In this document: in pieces, positions 46,472 through 55,782 of the stretch | Layout of the letters: each line of letters starts with the position of its first letter | Position numbering within the stretch: position 1 is the stretch's first letter | Origin: Microvirga sp. | GTDB lineage: Bacteria > Pseudomonadota > Alphaproteobacteria > Rhizobiales > Beijerinckiaceae | Assembly (NCBI GenBank): GCA_029266525.1 | Contig: JAQSWQ010000006.1 | Coordinates: 9,370 to 73,369 of the forward strand | DNA: 64,000 bases | Direction: 5' to 3' | Translations under genes and position numbers: made by a program | The notes under the pieces: generated by a model | Told to the model about the DNA's origin: nothing | Databases searched by the model: none | Seen by the model: the letters and a program-made list of their open reading frames with translations, nothing else

Positions 46472-47709
46472 GACGCCAGCCGGCGCACCGCCCCGATCAG
46501 CACCCGGACCGCGACATCGGCGTCCGCTTCGGTGATCGATTCCGCCGGGTTGTGGCTGATGCCGCCCTTGCAGCGCACGAACAGCATGGCGGCGGGGCAC
46601 AGCGTCGCCATCGCGACCGCGTCGTGACCCGCGCCGGAGGGCAGGCGAAGCGGTGTGACTCCTAAGGTTGCCGCACCCTCCTCCATGGCCCTCGTCAGCC
46701 ACGGGTCCATGGCGGTCGCGGGCGAGTCCATGAACGGCTCGATCGACAGCGAGACGCCGCGCCGCACGGCGATTGTGCGAAGCTCGCCTTCGATCTCCGC
46801 CACCATCGCCTTGCGCACGCCATCCTCGGGCGCGCGGGCGTCGAGCGTGAACGCGACCTCGCCGGCAATCACGTTGACGGCGCCCGGCCGCACCTGCGCG
46901 ACCCCGACCGTCGCGACCGTGTCCTCGCGCCTGCGCCCGATGCGCTCGACCGCGACGATCATCTCGGCCGCGGCGGCGAGCGCGTCGTGGCGCATCGCCA
47001 TCGGCACGGTGCCGGCATGGCCCGCCTCGCCGGTGACCCGGGCGCGGGCACGGGTGATGCCGTTGATCGCGGTCACGACGCCGACCGGCAGATCCTTCGT
47101 CTCGAGCAGCGGGCCCTGCTCGATATGGACCTCGAGATAACCGACGACCTCATCCGGCCGCCGTGCGAGTGCCGGAATTTCGTCGGAATCGCCGCCGAAG
47201 GCCGCGAGCGCGTCGCGCAGGCGCACGCCCTCGGCATCGCGCGCCTCGAGCCAGAGCGGATCATAGCGGCCGGCGAGCGCATAGGAGGTCGAGAGGTTGG
47301 TCGGGAAGCGCACGTTCTCCTCGTCGCCGAACGCAACCACCTCGACCGCGAAAGGCAGGCGCGGGCCTTCGCGCGCCAGCGCCTCGACCGCGACGATGCC
47401 GCACACGATGCCGAGCGGGCCGTCGAAGCGGCCGGCATCGACCACGCTGTCGAGATGCGAGCCGATGATCAGCGCAGGCAGCCCCGGGCGCGCGCCTTCG
47501 TAGCGCCCGGCGACGTTGCCGACCGCATCGATCCGCGCCTCGAGCCCGGCGTTTTGCATCATGGCGAGCGCGGCCTCGGCGGTCGCGCGGTGCGCCTTGG
47601 AGAGATAGAGCCGCGTCAGCCGGCCGGGCTCGTCGGTGTAGCGAGCGAGCTCGTCGAGGAGCGCCATCGCGCGCGCGCCGAGCGCGCCTTCGGCTCGGGG
47701 CGAGGTCAC
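46468..47709 (-). CDS. M20-family Zn amidohydrolase (allantoate amidohydrolase / N-carbamoyl-amino-acid hydrolase type)
   Basis: 413-aa ORF with a GTG start (alternative Met15). It has IGSHLDSV, FGDEE and GAGHDA, typical of the AllC/hydantoinase-carbamoylase group. Confidence 0.8.
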   Translation of the reverse strand: MTSPRAEGALGARAMALLDELARYTDEPGRLTRLYLSKAHRATAEAALAMMQNAGLEARIDAVGNVAGRYEGARPGLPALIIGSHLDSVVDAGRFDGPLGIVCGIVAVEALAREGPRLPFAVEVVAFGDEENVRFPTNLSTSYALAGRYDPLWLEARDAEGVRLRDALAAFGGDSDEIPALARRPDEVVGYLEVHIEQGPLLETKDLPVGVVTAINGITRARARVTGEAGHAGTVPMAMRHDALAAAAEMIVAVERIGRRREDTVATVGVAQVRPGAVNVIAGEVAFTLDARAPEDGVRKAMVAEIEGELRTIAVRRGVSLSIEPFMDSPATAMDPWLTRAMEEGAATLGVTPLRLPSGAGHDAVAMATLCPAAMLFVRCKGGISHNPAESITEADADVAVRVLIGAVRRLAS

Positions 47710-47715
47710 TGCCGA

Positions 47716-48462
47716 TCAGTACGTCGCGCGGCCGCCCGAGAGGTCGAACACCGCGCCGGTGGTGAAGGAGTTCTCGGCCGAGCACAGCCACGCGACCATC
47801 GAGGCGACCTCGCGCGTCTCCAGGAATCGCCCGCGCGGGATCTTCGCCAGCATGAAGTCGATATGCTCCTGGCTGATCTGGTCGAAGATGCGGGTGCGCG
47901 CGGCGGCCGGCGTGATGGTGTTGACCGCGATATCGTATGAGGCGAGCTCCTTGCCAAGCGACTTGGTCAGGCCGATCACGGCGGCCTTCGAGGCGGAGTA
48001 GGGGGCGGCGTTGGGGTTGCCCTCCTTGCCGGCGATCGAGGCTATGGTGACGATCCGGCCGTAGCCCTGGCGAATCATCGAGGGCACGACCGCGCGGCAG
48101 CAGTTCCAGGTTCCGTCGACATTGATCTTCATGACCCGCGCCCAGACCTCCGGCGCGTATTCCCAGGTCTTCATGGTCGGGCCGGCGATGCCGGCGCTGG
48201 TCACCAGGATGTCGATCGGGCCGTAGGCCGCCTCGGCGGCCTTGGCTCCCTCCATCACGCCCTCGGCGTCGGTCACGTCGACGCTGCGGGCGTGGACCGT
48301 CGAGCCGATCCCGGCCGCCGTCTCCTGGGCGAGGTCGCCGTCGAGGTCCCAGATCTCGACCGTCGCGCCGCTCGCCGCGAAGCGCTCGACGATCGCCTGG
48401 CCGATGCCCTGCGCTCCGCCCGTGACGATCGCCACGTGGCCGTTGAGATCGATTTGGTTCAT
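47716..48462 (-). CDS. SDR-family oxidoreductase
   Basis: I use the internal ATG at 48462, giving 248 aa, with VTGGAQGIGQAI and YSASKAA. Confidence 0.85.
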   Translation of the reverse strand: MNQIDLNGHVAIVTGGAQGIGQAIVERFAASGATVEIWDLDGDLAQETAAGIGSTVHARSVDVTDAEGVMEGAKAAEAAYGPIDILVTSAGIAGPTMKTWEYAPEVWARVMKINVDGTWNCCRAVVPSMIRQGYGRIVTIASIAGKEGNPNAAPYSASKAAVIGLTKSLGKELASYDIAVNTITPAAARTRIFDQISQEHIDFMLAKIPRGRFLETREVASMVAWLCSAENSFTTGAVFDLSGGRATY

Positions 48463-48669
48463 GAAGCTCTCCGGCGTTCCTCTTGGGCGCGGAGGTAGCC
48501 CGAATGGCAGCCACGGGAAAGCCCGCGTCCCGACCGCGAGACGCGGGGCTGGTCTGCCGCCTGCGTCGAGGGAACTCGACAAAGTTCCTGTTTTCGGCAA
48601 CCGTGTCGGCCAGTAAAGATCACGGCGGGCGCAACGCCTCAAAGCCGGGCAAACGGGAAGGAAACGCTC

Positions 48670-49914
48670 ATGACATCGAAGCTCGTCACGCGCCGCACGC
48701 TCATGAAGAGCGCCGCCGGCTCCGCCGTCCTTGCCGGCATCGGCATGCCGGCGATCGTCAAGGCGCAAGCCGACGCGATCCGCATCGGCCATCTGACGCC
48801 GCTCACCGGCTTCCTCGGGCCGCTCGGGGAATACGCCCAGATGGGCGTCAAGCTCGCCCAGGAAGAAATCAACAACGCGGGCGGCGTCATGGGCCGCAAG
48901 ATCGAGCTCGTGATGGAAGATTCGGTCAACCCGCAGACCGCCTCCGCCAAGGCCGAGCGCATCATCGAGCGCGACAAGGTCGCGATGATCATCGGCGAGA
49001 TCTCGTCGGCCTCGGGCCTCGCCATCGGCCAGGTCGCGAACCGGATGAAGACCGTGTTCATCAACACCGGCTGCAATTCGGACGCGCTGCGCGGCGCGAG
49101 CTGCAATCCCTACATGTTCCACATCGAGGCGGCGAACTCGATGTATGTCGAGGGCGTCGGCAACTACTTCCTGCGAGAGAACCTCGTGAAGGGCAAGAAG
49201 TGGTACACGCTCACCGCCGACTACGCCTTCGGCCACGACCTCGCCCGCGTGGCGAAGAAGTTCCTCGAGAAGCATGGCGGGCAGCTCGCCGGCGACGAGC
49301 TCGTCCCGACCGACGCTACCGACTTCAGCCCCTACCTCCTCAAGATCCGGCAGGCCCGGCCCGACATCGTCGCCTCGAACCTCGCCGGCAACCAGATCAC
49401 CAACTTCATCAAGCAATATTCCGAGTACGGGCTGCAGTTCCCGGTCGTCGGCTTCGGCTTCGACACGGCTGTCGCCTGGGGTGCCGGCAAGGGCAACTTC
49501 TCCGGCATCTGGCCGCTCGTCTGGCACCACCTCGTCGACACGCCGACGTCGAAAAAATACGTCGAGGCCTTCACCAAGAAGTACGGCAAGCTGCCGGAGA
49601 ACCAGAGCTGGGGCGACTACATGTCCCTCAAGATCGTCGCGCAGTCGATGAACGAGATCAAATCCGCCGACCCGCAGAAGCTCGCCGAGCATCTGCGCAA
49701 AGGGGCAAAGTTCGACATCGGCAAGGCGCGCGAGGGCTATTTCCGGCCTTACGACAACCAGATCATCATGGAGATGTACGCCGTGAAGGCGAAGGAAGCC
49801 TCCAAGATGAAGGACCAGTGGGACATCTACGACCCGCTTGGCTCCGTGCCCGGCCCGACCGAGGACATGGAGGTGCTTGCCCCACCGAAGGACGGCACCT
49901 GCAAGATAACCTGA
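48670..49914 (+). CDS. ABC transporter substrate-binding protein (LivJ/K-type) with Tat-like signal
   Basis: 414 aa with TRRTLMKSAAGSAVLAGIGMPAIVKAQA followed by IRIGHLTPLTGFLGPLGE. Confidence 0.9.
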   Translation: MTSKLVTRRTLMKSAAGSAVLAGIGMPAIVKAQADAIRIGHLTPLTGFLGPLGEYAQMGVKLAQEEINNAGGVMGRKIELVMEDSVNPQTASAKAERIIERDKVAMIIGEISSASGLAIGQVANRMKTVFINTGCNSDALRGASCNPYMFHIEAANSMYVEGVGNYFLRENLVKGKKWYTLTADYAFGHDLARVAKKFLEKHGGQLAGDELVPTDATDFSPYLLKIRQARPDIVASNLAGNQITNFIKQYSEYGLQFPVVGFGFDTAVAWGAGKGNFSGIWPLVWHHLVDTPTSKKYVEAFTKKYGKLPENQSWGDYMSLKIVAQSMNEIKSADPQKLAEHLRKGAKFDIGKAREGYFRPYDNQIIMEMYAVKAKEASKMKDQWDIYDPLGSVPGPTEDMEVLAPPKDGTCKIT

Positions 49915-49928
49915 TCGCTCCCGATCAG

Positions 49929-50029
49929 GTTATCCCGGTCGCAGCGAAGCGGAGAGCCGGGATCTCGCGCCGATAGGGCGCCTTCTCAGCGAGAGATCCC
50001 GGATCGCGCTTCGCCGCGTCCGGGGCGAC
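49929..50029. repeat. degenerate double-hairpin palindromic element (type A-like)
   Basis: gttatcccggtcgcagcgaagcggagagccgggatc ... gatcccggatcgcgcttcgccgcgtccggggcgac. The termini have diverged from GTCAT/ATGAC. Confidence 0.45.
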
Positions 50030-50099
50030 GGGCCAGGGTCGATCCGCGCCGGAGCTGAGACGGCGAAGCGCACGCGGCCCCCGAGGCGAGGAGCGGACG

Positions 50100-51248
50100 A
50101 TGGACGAGATCCTGATCAACACGTCCACGCTCGGAAGCCAGGAGCAGCCCGCGGTTGCGGGCTTCCGCGGCACCCAGTTCGTCGCGGTTTGGGAGGATCG
50201 CCAGGACGGCAACATCAAGGGCCAGATGCTGTCCACGGCCGGGAACAAGACCAGCGGCGAGTTCGTGGTCAACTTTCCGGGACTGCCGATGACGAGACGC
50301 CGAATGCCGGCGATCATCGAAACCATGTTGGGGTTTGTGGTTGCATGGACCGAGCAGGCGCCCGGCGGAGGTCCTCAGCTGAAGCTTCGGACATTCGATC
50401 AAGACACGCTGTCCGGGCCGGAGATTCAGGTCAGCTCGGCCGAGGTGGAGCCGCTGTTGCGGCCCGCGATGGCGCCTCTGAACGGCGGCGGCTTCGTCGT
50501 CGTGTGGGCCGACAAGCGCGCGGACGAGCGCATCCGCGCGCAACGCTTCGGATCGGATGGCGAAAAGGTCGGCCCCGAGTTTCGCGCCAACACCCTCGCC
50601 GGGCTGCACCAGAACCCGATGACCGCCTGTCTGACCAACGGGAACATCGTGATCGGCTGGCGCGCGCGCCTGCTGGGCTCTCCGCTCCTCGTCCACCTCC
50701 AGATATTCGACGCCAACGGGCCGGTCGGCGGCGAGCAGACGACCGCCCTCGACATCACCCAGGCCGTCATGGCGCCGCTCGATTCGGGCCGGTTCGTCAT
50801 CGTCCACGTGCGCAACGCCTTGGACGGCGAGCCCGGCTTCGAGACGAGCGTCGCGCAGGCGAGCGTGTTCGAGGCAAGCGGCGCCTTCCCGGGCACCCGC
50901 TTCCCCGCGACCACCGGTCGGATCCAGACCGAGTGGCCGGCCGTCGTGCCGCTCTCCGGCGGCCGCTTCGTCGTTGCCTGGACGCAAGTCAACATCGACG
51001 CAGTCGAGGCCGGGTCGCACGTGATGGCGAGGCTCTTCGCGCAGACCGGCGGCGCGATCGGCAACGCCGTTCAGGTCGACACCTCCACCGGCCGCCGCGA
51101 GCGGTTCAGCCTGCGCGCCGCCGCGACGGCAGGCCCGGACGGCGAGACTCTCTTCGCGACCTGGGCCGACAACGGCCAAGGCGGCGACGATCCATCGGTG
51201 CGCGCCGTGCGCGGACGGCCGCTTCCGATTCCGTCCGGCGGCTTCTAG
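50100..51248 (+). CDS. hypothetical protein with seven internal repeats (beta-propeller-like), no signal peptide
   Basis: 382 aa with GAGGAG 6 nt upstream of the ATG. It contains seven ~50-aa repeats, each with a hydrophobic strand ending in W/H: FVAVW, FVVAW, FVVVW, IVIGW, FVIVH, FVVAW, LFATW. Confidence 0.7.
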   Translation: MDEILINTSTLGSQEQPAVAGFRGTQFVAVWEDRQDGNIKGQMLSTAGNKTSGEFVVNFPGLPMTRRRMPAIIETMLGFVVAWTEQAPGGGPQLKLRTFDQDTLSGPEIQVSSAEVEPLLRPAMAPLNGGGFVVVWADKRADERIRAQRFGSDGEKVGPEFRANTLAGLHQNPMTACLTNGNIVIGWRARLLGSPLLVHLQIFDANGPVGGEQTTALDITQAVMAPLDSGRFVIVHVRNALDGEPGFETSVAQASVFEASGAFPGTRFPATTGRIQTEWPAVVPLSGGRFVVAWTQVNIDAVEAGSHVMARLFAQTGGAIGNAVQVDTSTGRRERFSLRAAATAGPDGETLFATWADNGQGGDDPSVRAVRGRPLPIPSGGF

Positions 51249-51296
51249 CGCCGGCGCACGGGCACGCCCTCCGACAAACCAGTGTGAGGCAGCCGC

Positions 51297-52172
51297 GTGC
51301 AGCTCATCTTCCTCCTCGAGCAGGTGCTGAACGGCCTCCTCGTCGGCGCATATTACCTCCTCATCGCGCTCGGGCTGTCGCTGATCTTCTCGCTCGGCGG
51401 CATCGTGAACCTCGCCCATGGCGGGTTCTATGCCATCGGCGCCTATCTTGCCGTGTTGCTCGCGCCGCGCCTCGGCTTTGCCGGCGCCTTTATCGCCTCT
51501 CCAGTGCTGGTCGGCATGCTCGGCATGGTCTTCGAGCGCCTGTTCTTCCGCCGCTTCTACCGCTCCGACCCGATCCTCAGCCTCCTCCTCACCTTCGGCC
51601 TCGCCATGGTGATCGAGCAGTCGCTGCGCATCGTCTTCGGCGCGGCACCGCTGCCATTCTCGATCCCGCCGGAGCTGCGCGGCCAGGTCTTCGTCGGGGA
51701 CTTCATCTATCCGCGCTATCGGCTCGGCATCTTCGCGATCGCGCTCGCGGCGGTCACCGCGACCTGGTTCATCGTTTACCGCACCTCCTTCGGCCGCGTG
51801 GTGCGCGCGGGCGTGCAGAACCCCGACATGGTCGGCGCGCTCGGCATCTCGCTGCAGCCGTATATGACCGCCGTTGCGGCGCTCGGCGTAGGCCTCGCCG
51901 GGCTTGCAGGCGTGCTGCTGGCGCCGATCTCGGGCGTGCACCCGGCGATGGGGGCTGAGATCCTCACCGCCGCCTTCGTGGTCGTGGTGATCGGGGGCCT
52001 CGGCTCCTTCTGGGGCGTGATCGCGGCCGCCGCCCTCGTCGGCGTGGTGCGCGGGGTCACGATCTTCGTCAATCCGTCCTGGGGCGAAGCCTCGATGTAT
52101 CTGCTGATGGCGCTCGTGCTCCTGGTTAGGCCGCGCGGGCTCCTCGGCGAGCGCATCCAGAAATTCGAGTAG
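51297..52172 (+). CDS. ABC transporter permease, LivH-type
   Basis: 291 aa with a GTG start. It has LNGLLVGAYYLLIALGLSLIFSLGGIVNLAHGG. Confidence 0.9.
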   Translation: MQLIFLLEQVLNGLLVGAYYLLIALGLSLIFSLGGIVNLAHGGFYAIGAYLAVLLAPRLGFAGAFIASPVLVGMLGMVFERLFFRRFYRSDPILSLLLTFGLAMVIEQSLRIVFGAAPLPFSIPPELRGQVFVGDFIYPRYRLGIFAIALAAVTATWFIVYRTSFGRVVRAGVQNPDMVGALGISLQPYMTAVAALGVGLAGLAGVLLAPISGVHPAMGAEILTAAFVVVVIGGLGSFWGVIAAAALVGVVRGVTIFVNPSWGEASMYLLMALVLLVRPRGLLGERIQKFE

Positions 52173-52175
52173 CCG

Positions 52176-54692
52176 ATGCGCCGCGATCACGCGCCCCTCC
52201 TGATCGCGGCGGGTTCGCTCGCGATCCTGCCCTTCGCACTCGATTTCGTCGGGCTGCCCTTGCGCTCGTCGATCGACGTGGTGCTGTTCGCGGTCGCCTG
52301 CCTCGGCCTGAACGTCCTCGTCGGCTACACCGGATTGGTCTCCTTCGGTCATGGCGCCTGGTTCGGGCTTGCGGCGTATGCGGCGGCGCTGTCGCAGAAG
52401 TATTGGTTCTCGGGCAGCTTCGTCGTGCCGGCGCTGTTCGCGCTTCTCTTCATCGCCGTAACCGCGACGCTCGCCGGCGCGCTCATCCTGCGCCGGCGCG
52501 GCGTCTATTTCTCGCTGCTGACGCTCGCGCTCACCGCGCTCCTCTTCGCGGTCGGCTACCGCTGGACCGACTTCACCGGCGGCGAGAGCGGGCTCGGCGG
52601 CGTCACGCGCGCCACGGTGCTTGGGCTGAACCTCGAACGCGATGCCATCTACTACTGGGTCGTCGCCGCGATCGGTCTTGCGGTCACCTTCTTCCTCTGG
52701 CGCTTCCATCGCTCGCCGGCCGGGCACGTGCTGGTCGCGATCCGCGAGAACGAGCAGCGGGCGCGCTTCATCGGCTATCCGACGAACCGCTACAAGCTCC
52801 TAGGCTTCGTGATATCGGCCACCGTGGTCGGCATCGCCGGCGTGCTGTCTGTGTTCAACCACCGCTTCGCCTCGGCCGAACCGCTGGCCGTCGCCTTCTC
52901 GGGCGAGCTCATCGCGATGGTGGTGATCGGCGGGATGCGCAGCTTCCTCGGCCCGGCGCTGGGCGCCTTGTTCTACATCCTGTTCCGCGAGTTCCTGTCG
53001 ATCTGGACGCCGAACTGGCTGTTCTTCTTCGGCGTGTTGTTCGTTGGCTTCATCATGTTCTCGCCGACCGGGCTCGTCGGCGTGGCGCAGCGCCTCCTCG
53101 CGCCCTTCCGAAAGGTGGTGTTCGAGGAGGCGGCGATGGCCGGCCGCACGCTCTCGGACGATCCGCTGCCCGCCTTCCTCAAGCCCGCGGACCACGTCTC
53201 CGGCCCGCTGCTCGAGGCGCGCGGCATCGCGAAGCACTTCGGCGGCATCAAGGCCGTGCAGGGCGCCGACATCACGGTGCGCGACCGCAGCCTGCACGCG
53301 CTGATCGGCCCGAACGGCGCCGGCAAGACCACCGCCTTCAACCTCATCTCCGGGATGTACGTGCCGGACGCCGGCGAGGTGCTGCTGCGCGGCCAGTCGA
53401 TCGCGGGCTTGAGCCCCGAGCGGATCACGGAAGCCGGGATCGGGCGCTCCTTCCAGATCACCAATCTCTTCCCCGGGCTCTCGGTCGAGGAGAATCTTCG
53501 CCTCGCGATCCAGGCCCGCCACCCGCGCCGCTTCGACCCCTGGGCCGAGGCGCGCGCGATCGCGGACATCGAAGGCGAGACCGCGGCGCTCATCCGCTAT
53601 CTCGGCGTCGCCGGCATGGAGCCGGCCGAGGCCGGCGCGCTCTCCTATGGCGGGCAACGCCTTCTCGACATGGGGCTTGCGCTCGCGACGAAGCCGCGCC
53701 TGCTGCTGCTCGACGAGCCGCTCGCCGGGCTTGCTGCGGCCGAGCGCCAGCGCATCGGCGACATCGTCAAGCGCATCTCGGCCGACATCCCGGTGCTCCT
53801 CGTCGAGCACGACATCGACCGCGTCTTCCAGATCGCCGACGCGGTCACCGTGATGAACGAGGGCAAGGTGCTGGTCGACGGCACTGTCGAAGACGCGCGC
53901 CAGAGCCCCAGGGTGCAGGAGGTCTATATCGGCTCGGGGGCCGCGAGCGTCGCGGCGAAGCCCCGCGAGAGCGCTGCCGAGCCCGCAACAGTGCTCTCCG
54001 CGAAGGACGTCAATACCTTTTACGGCAAGAGCCACATCCTCGTGGACGTGGCGTTCGAGGTCCACAGCCACGAGATCGTGGCGCTGCTCGGCCGCAACGG
54101 CGCCGGTAAATCGACGCTGCTAAAGACGCTGATCGGCATCGCGCCGCCGGCCGTGGGCTCGATCACGCTCGACGGGCGCGAGATAGCCGGCCTGCCCGCG
54201 GCCGAGATCGCGCGGCTCGGCATCGGCTACGTGCCGCAGGGAAGGGGCCTCTTCGCCGGCATGACGGTCGCCCAGAACCTCGAACTCGGGCGCCTGAAGC
54301 GCCAGACCGGAAAGGGCGTGCGCTGGGACCTCAAGCGCATCTTCGAGTATTTCCCGCGCATCCGCGAGCGCATCGACACGCCGGCCGATTTCCTCTCCGG
54401 CGGCGAGCAGCAGATGGTGGCGGTCGCGCGCGCGCTCTCGGGCGACGTGCGCGTGCTCCTCCTCGACGAGCCCTTCGAGGGCCTCGCCCCGACGATCATC
54501 GAGCAGCTGTTCGAGAGCTTCGACAAGCTCCGCCACGAGGTCTCGATCGTCATCGTCGACCACCACCTCGACCTCGCGCTGGCGCTGTCCGACCGCACCG
54601 TCGCGCTCGAGCGGGGCCGCGTGATCCACACCGGCCCATCGAAGGATCTGCGCGACGATCTCGCGCTCAGGCGGAAGGTGCTGTGGCTGTGA
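52176..54692 (+). CDS. fused LivM-type permease + LivG-type ATPase + LivF-type ATPase (single 838-aa polypeptide)
   Basis: The reading frame is continuous. The N-terminal ~320 aa is a membrane domain (NVLVGYTGLVSFGHGAWFGLAAY). It is followed by Walker A GPNGAGKTT ... LLLDEPLAG, a linker (SGAASVAAKPRESAAEP), then a second Walker A GRNGAGKST ... LSGGEQQMV ... LLLDEPFEG. Confidence 0.85.
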   Translation: MRRDHAPLLIAAGSLAILPFALDFVGLPLRSSIDVVLFAVACLGLNVLVGYTGLVSFGHGAWFGLAAYAAALSQKYWFSGSFVVPALFALLFIAVTATLAGALILRRRGVYFSLLTLALTALLFAVGYRWTDFTGGESGLGGVTRATVLGLNLERDAIYYWVVAAIGLAVTFFLWRFHRSPAGHVLVAIRENEQRARFIGYPTNRYKLLGFVISATVVGIAGVLSVFNHRFASAEPLAVAFSGELIAMVVIGGMRSFLGPALGALFYILFREFLSIWTPNWLFFFGVLFVGFIMFSPTGLVGVAQRLLAPFRKVVFEEAAMAGRTLSDDPLPAFLKPADHVSGPLLEARGIAKHFGGIKAVQGADITVRDRSLHALIGPNGAGKTTAFNLISGMYVPDAGEVLLRGQSIAGLSPERITEAGIGRSFQITNLFPGLSVEENLRLAIQARHPRRFDPWAEARAIADIEGETAALIRYLGVAGMEPAEAGALSYGGQRLLDMGLALATKPRLLLLDEPLAGLAAAERQRIGDIVKRISADIPVLLVEHDIDRVFQIADAVTVMNEGKVLVDGTVEDARQSPRVQEVYIGSGAASVAAKPRESAAEPATVLSAKDVNTFYGKSHILVDVAFEVHSHEIVALLGRNGAGKSTLLKTLIGIAPPAVGSITLDGREIAGLPAAEIARLGIGYVPQGRGLFAGMTVAQNLELGRLKRQTGKGVRWDLKRIFEYFPRIRERIDTPADFLSGGEQQMVAVARALSGDVRVLLLDEPFEGLAPTIIEQLFESFDKLRHEVSIVIVDHHLDLALALSDRTVALERGRVIHTGPSKDLRDDLALRRKVLWL

Positions 54693-54714
54693 GAAGCGCC
54701 GCGTTCTTTCCTTT

Positions 54715-54791
54715 GTCATGGCCGGGCTTGACCCGGCCATCCAGCAACCGTCGACGTCGGACTGGATCGCCGGGTCAAGCCCCGCGATGAC
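54715..54791. repeat. 77-bp palindromic element (type C: gtcatggccgggcttgacccggccatccag...)
   Basis: gtcatggccgggcttgacccggccatccag - 17 nt - ctggatcgccgggtcaagccccgcgatgac. It has GTCAT/ATGAC termini like type A but a different hairpin core. Confidence 0.6.
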
Positions 54792-54830
54792 AATCGTAAA
54801 GCGGATCGCTCCCGAGGAAAGGGATAGGAC

Positions 54831-55763
54831 ATGCCAACCGTCGCCATCGTAGGCGCAGGCCTTATCGGCCGGTCCTGGGCGATCGTGTTCGCCCGGGCCG
54901 GATGGGAGGTGCGGCTGACCGACCCGAGCGCCGAGGCGCTCGCCGCGGCGCCCCGTCTCATCCGCGAGGGTCTCGACGAATTGGCCGGCTACAACCTCGT
55001 CGACAACGCGGCGGAGGCGGCGTCTCGCGTATCTGTCGCGGGCCCGCTCAACGAGGCCGCGGCAGGGGTCGACCTTGTGCAGGAAAACGGGCCGGAGCGG
55101 GTTGAGGACAAGCGCCGCATCTTCGCCGAGCTCGACCAGGCCGCGCCCGCGGACGCCGTCCTCGCCTCCTCGACCTCGGCCATCGTGGCTTCGAAATTCA
55201 CCGAAGGCCTCGTGGGACGCGCGCGCTGCCTCGTGGCGCATCCGGTGAACCCGCCGCATCTCGTGCCGATCGTCGAGCTCTGCGGCGCGCCGTGGACCTC
55301 GCCCGAAATCGTGGCGCGGGCGCGCGGTATCTACGAGGCGGTCGGACAGGCTGCGATCACCGTGAACCGCGAGATCGAGGGATTCGTGCTGAACCGCCTC
55401 CAGGTCGCGCTCCTCGCCGAGGCCTTCCGCCTGGCCGGCGAAGGCGTCGTCACCCCGCAGGATCTCGACAAGACGCTCTCCGACGGGCTCGGCCTGCGCT
55501 GGTCCTTCATGGGCCCGTTCCAGACGATCGAGCTCAACGCGCCGGGCGGCATCCCGGATTACTGCGCCCGGTAGGGGGACTTCTTCCGCCGCACCACGGC
55601 CGACCCGCCGAAGCCGTCGGTGTGGGACGAAGCCAACATCGCCCGCGTCATGCAAGCCTGGGGGCGGTCGCCCACGAAAGAGGAGGTTGCGCGCCGCACC
55701 GCCTGGCGCGACAAGCGCCTGGCCGCACTGATGGCGCACAAGCGCGCGCAACCCGACAGCTAG
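54831..55763 (+). pseudogene. 3-hydroxyacyl-CoA dehydrogenase-family enzyme (L-carnitine / L-gulonate 3-dehydrogenase-like) interrupted by an in-frame TAG
   Basis: It has the Rossmann motif VAIVGAGLIGRSWA and a 3HCDH core. The ORF stops at TAG 55572-55574 (codon 248), but the same frame stays open for 62 more codons to TAG 55761-55763. Those codons encode a plausible C-terminus (GDFFRRTTADPPKPSVWDEANIARVMQAW...RRTAWRDKRLAALMAHK). Confidence 0.7.
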
Positions 55764-55782
55764 ACGAGAGGAAACGCACGGC

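Noticed and set aside
55572-55574. Programmed recoding (pyrrolysine) as an explanation for the in-frame TAG.
   Set aside because: There are no pyl genes or PYLIS-like context in the window, and pyrrolysine is not expected in Rhizobiales. A Tyr-codon point mutation or a sequencing error is far simpler.
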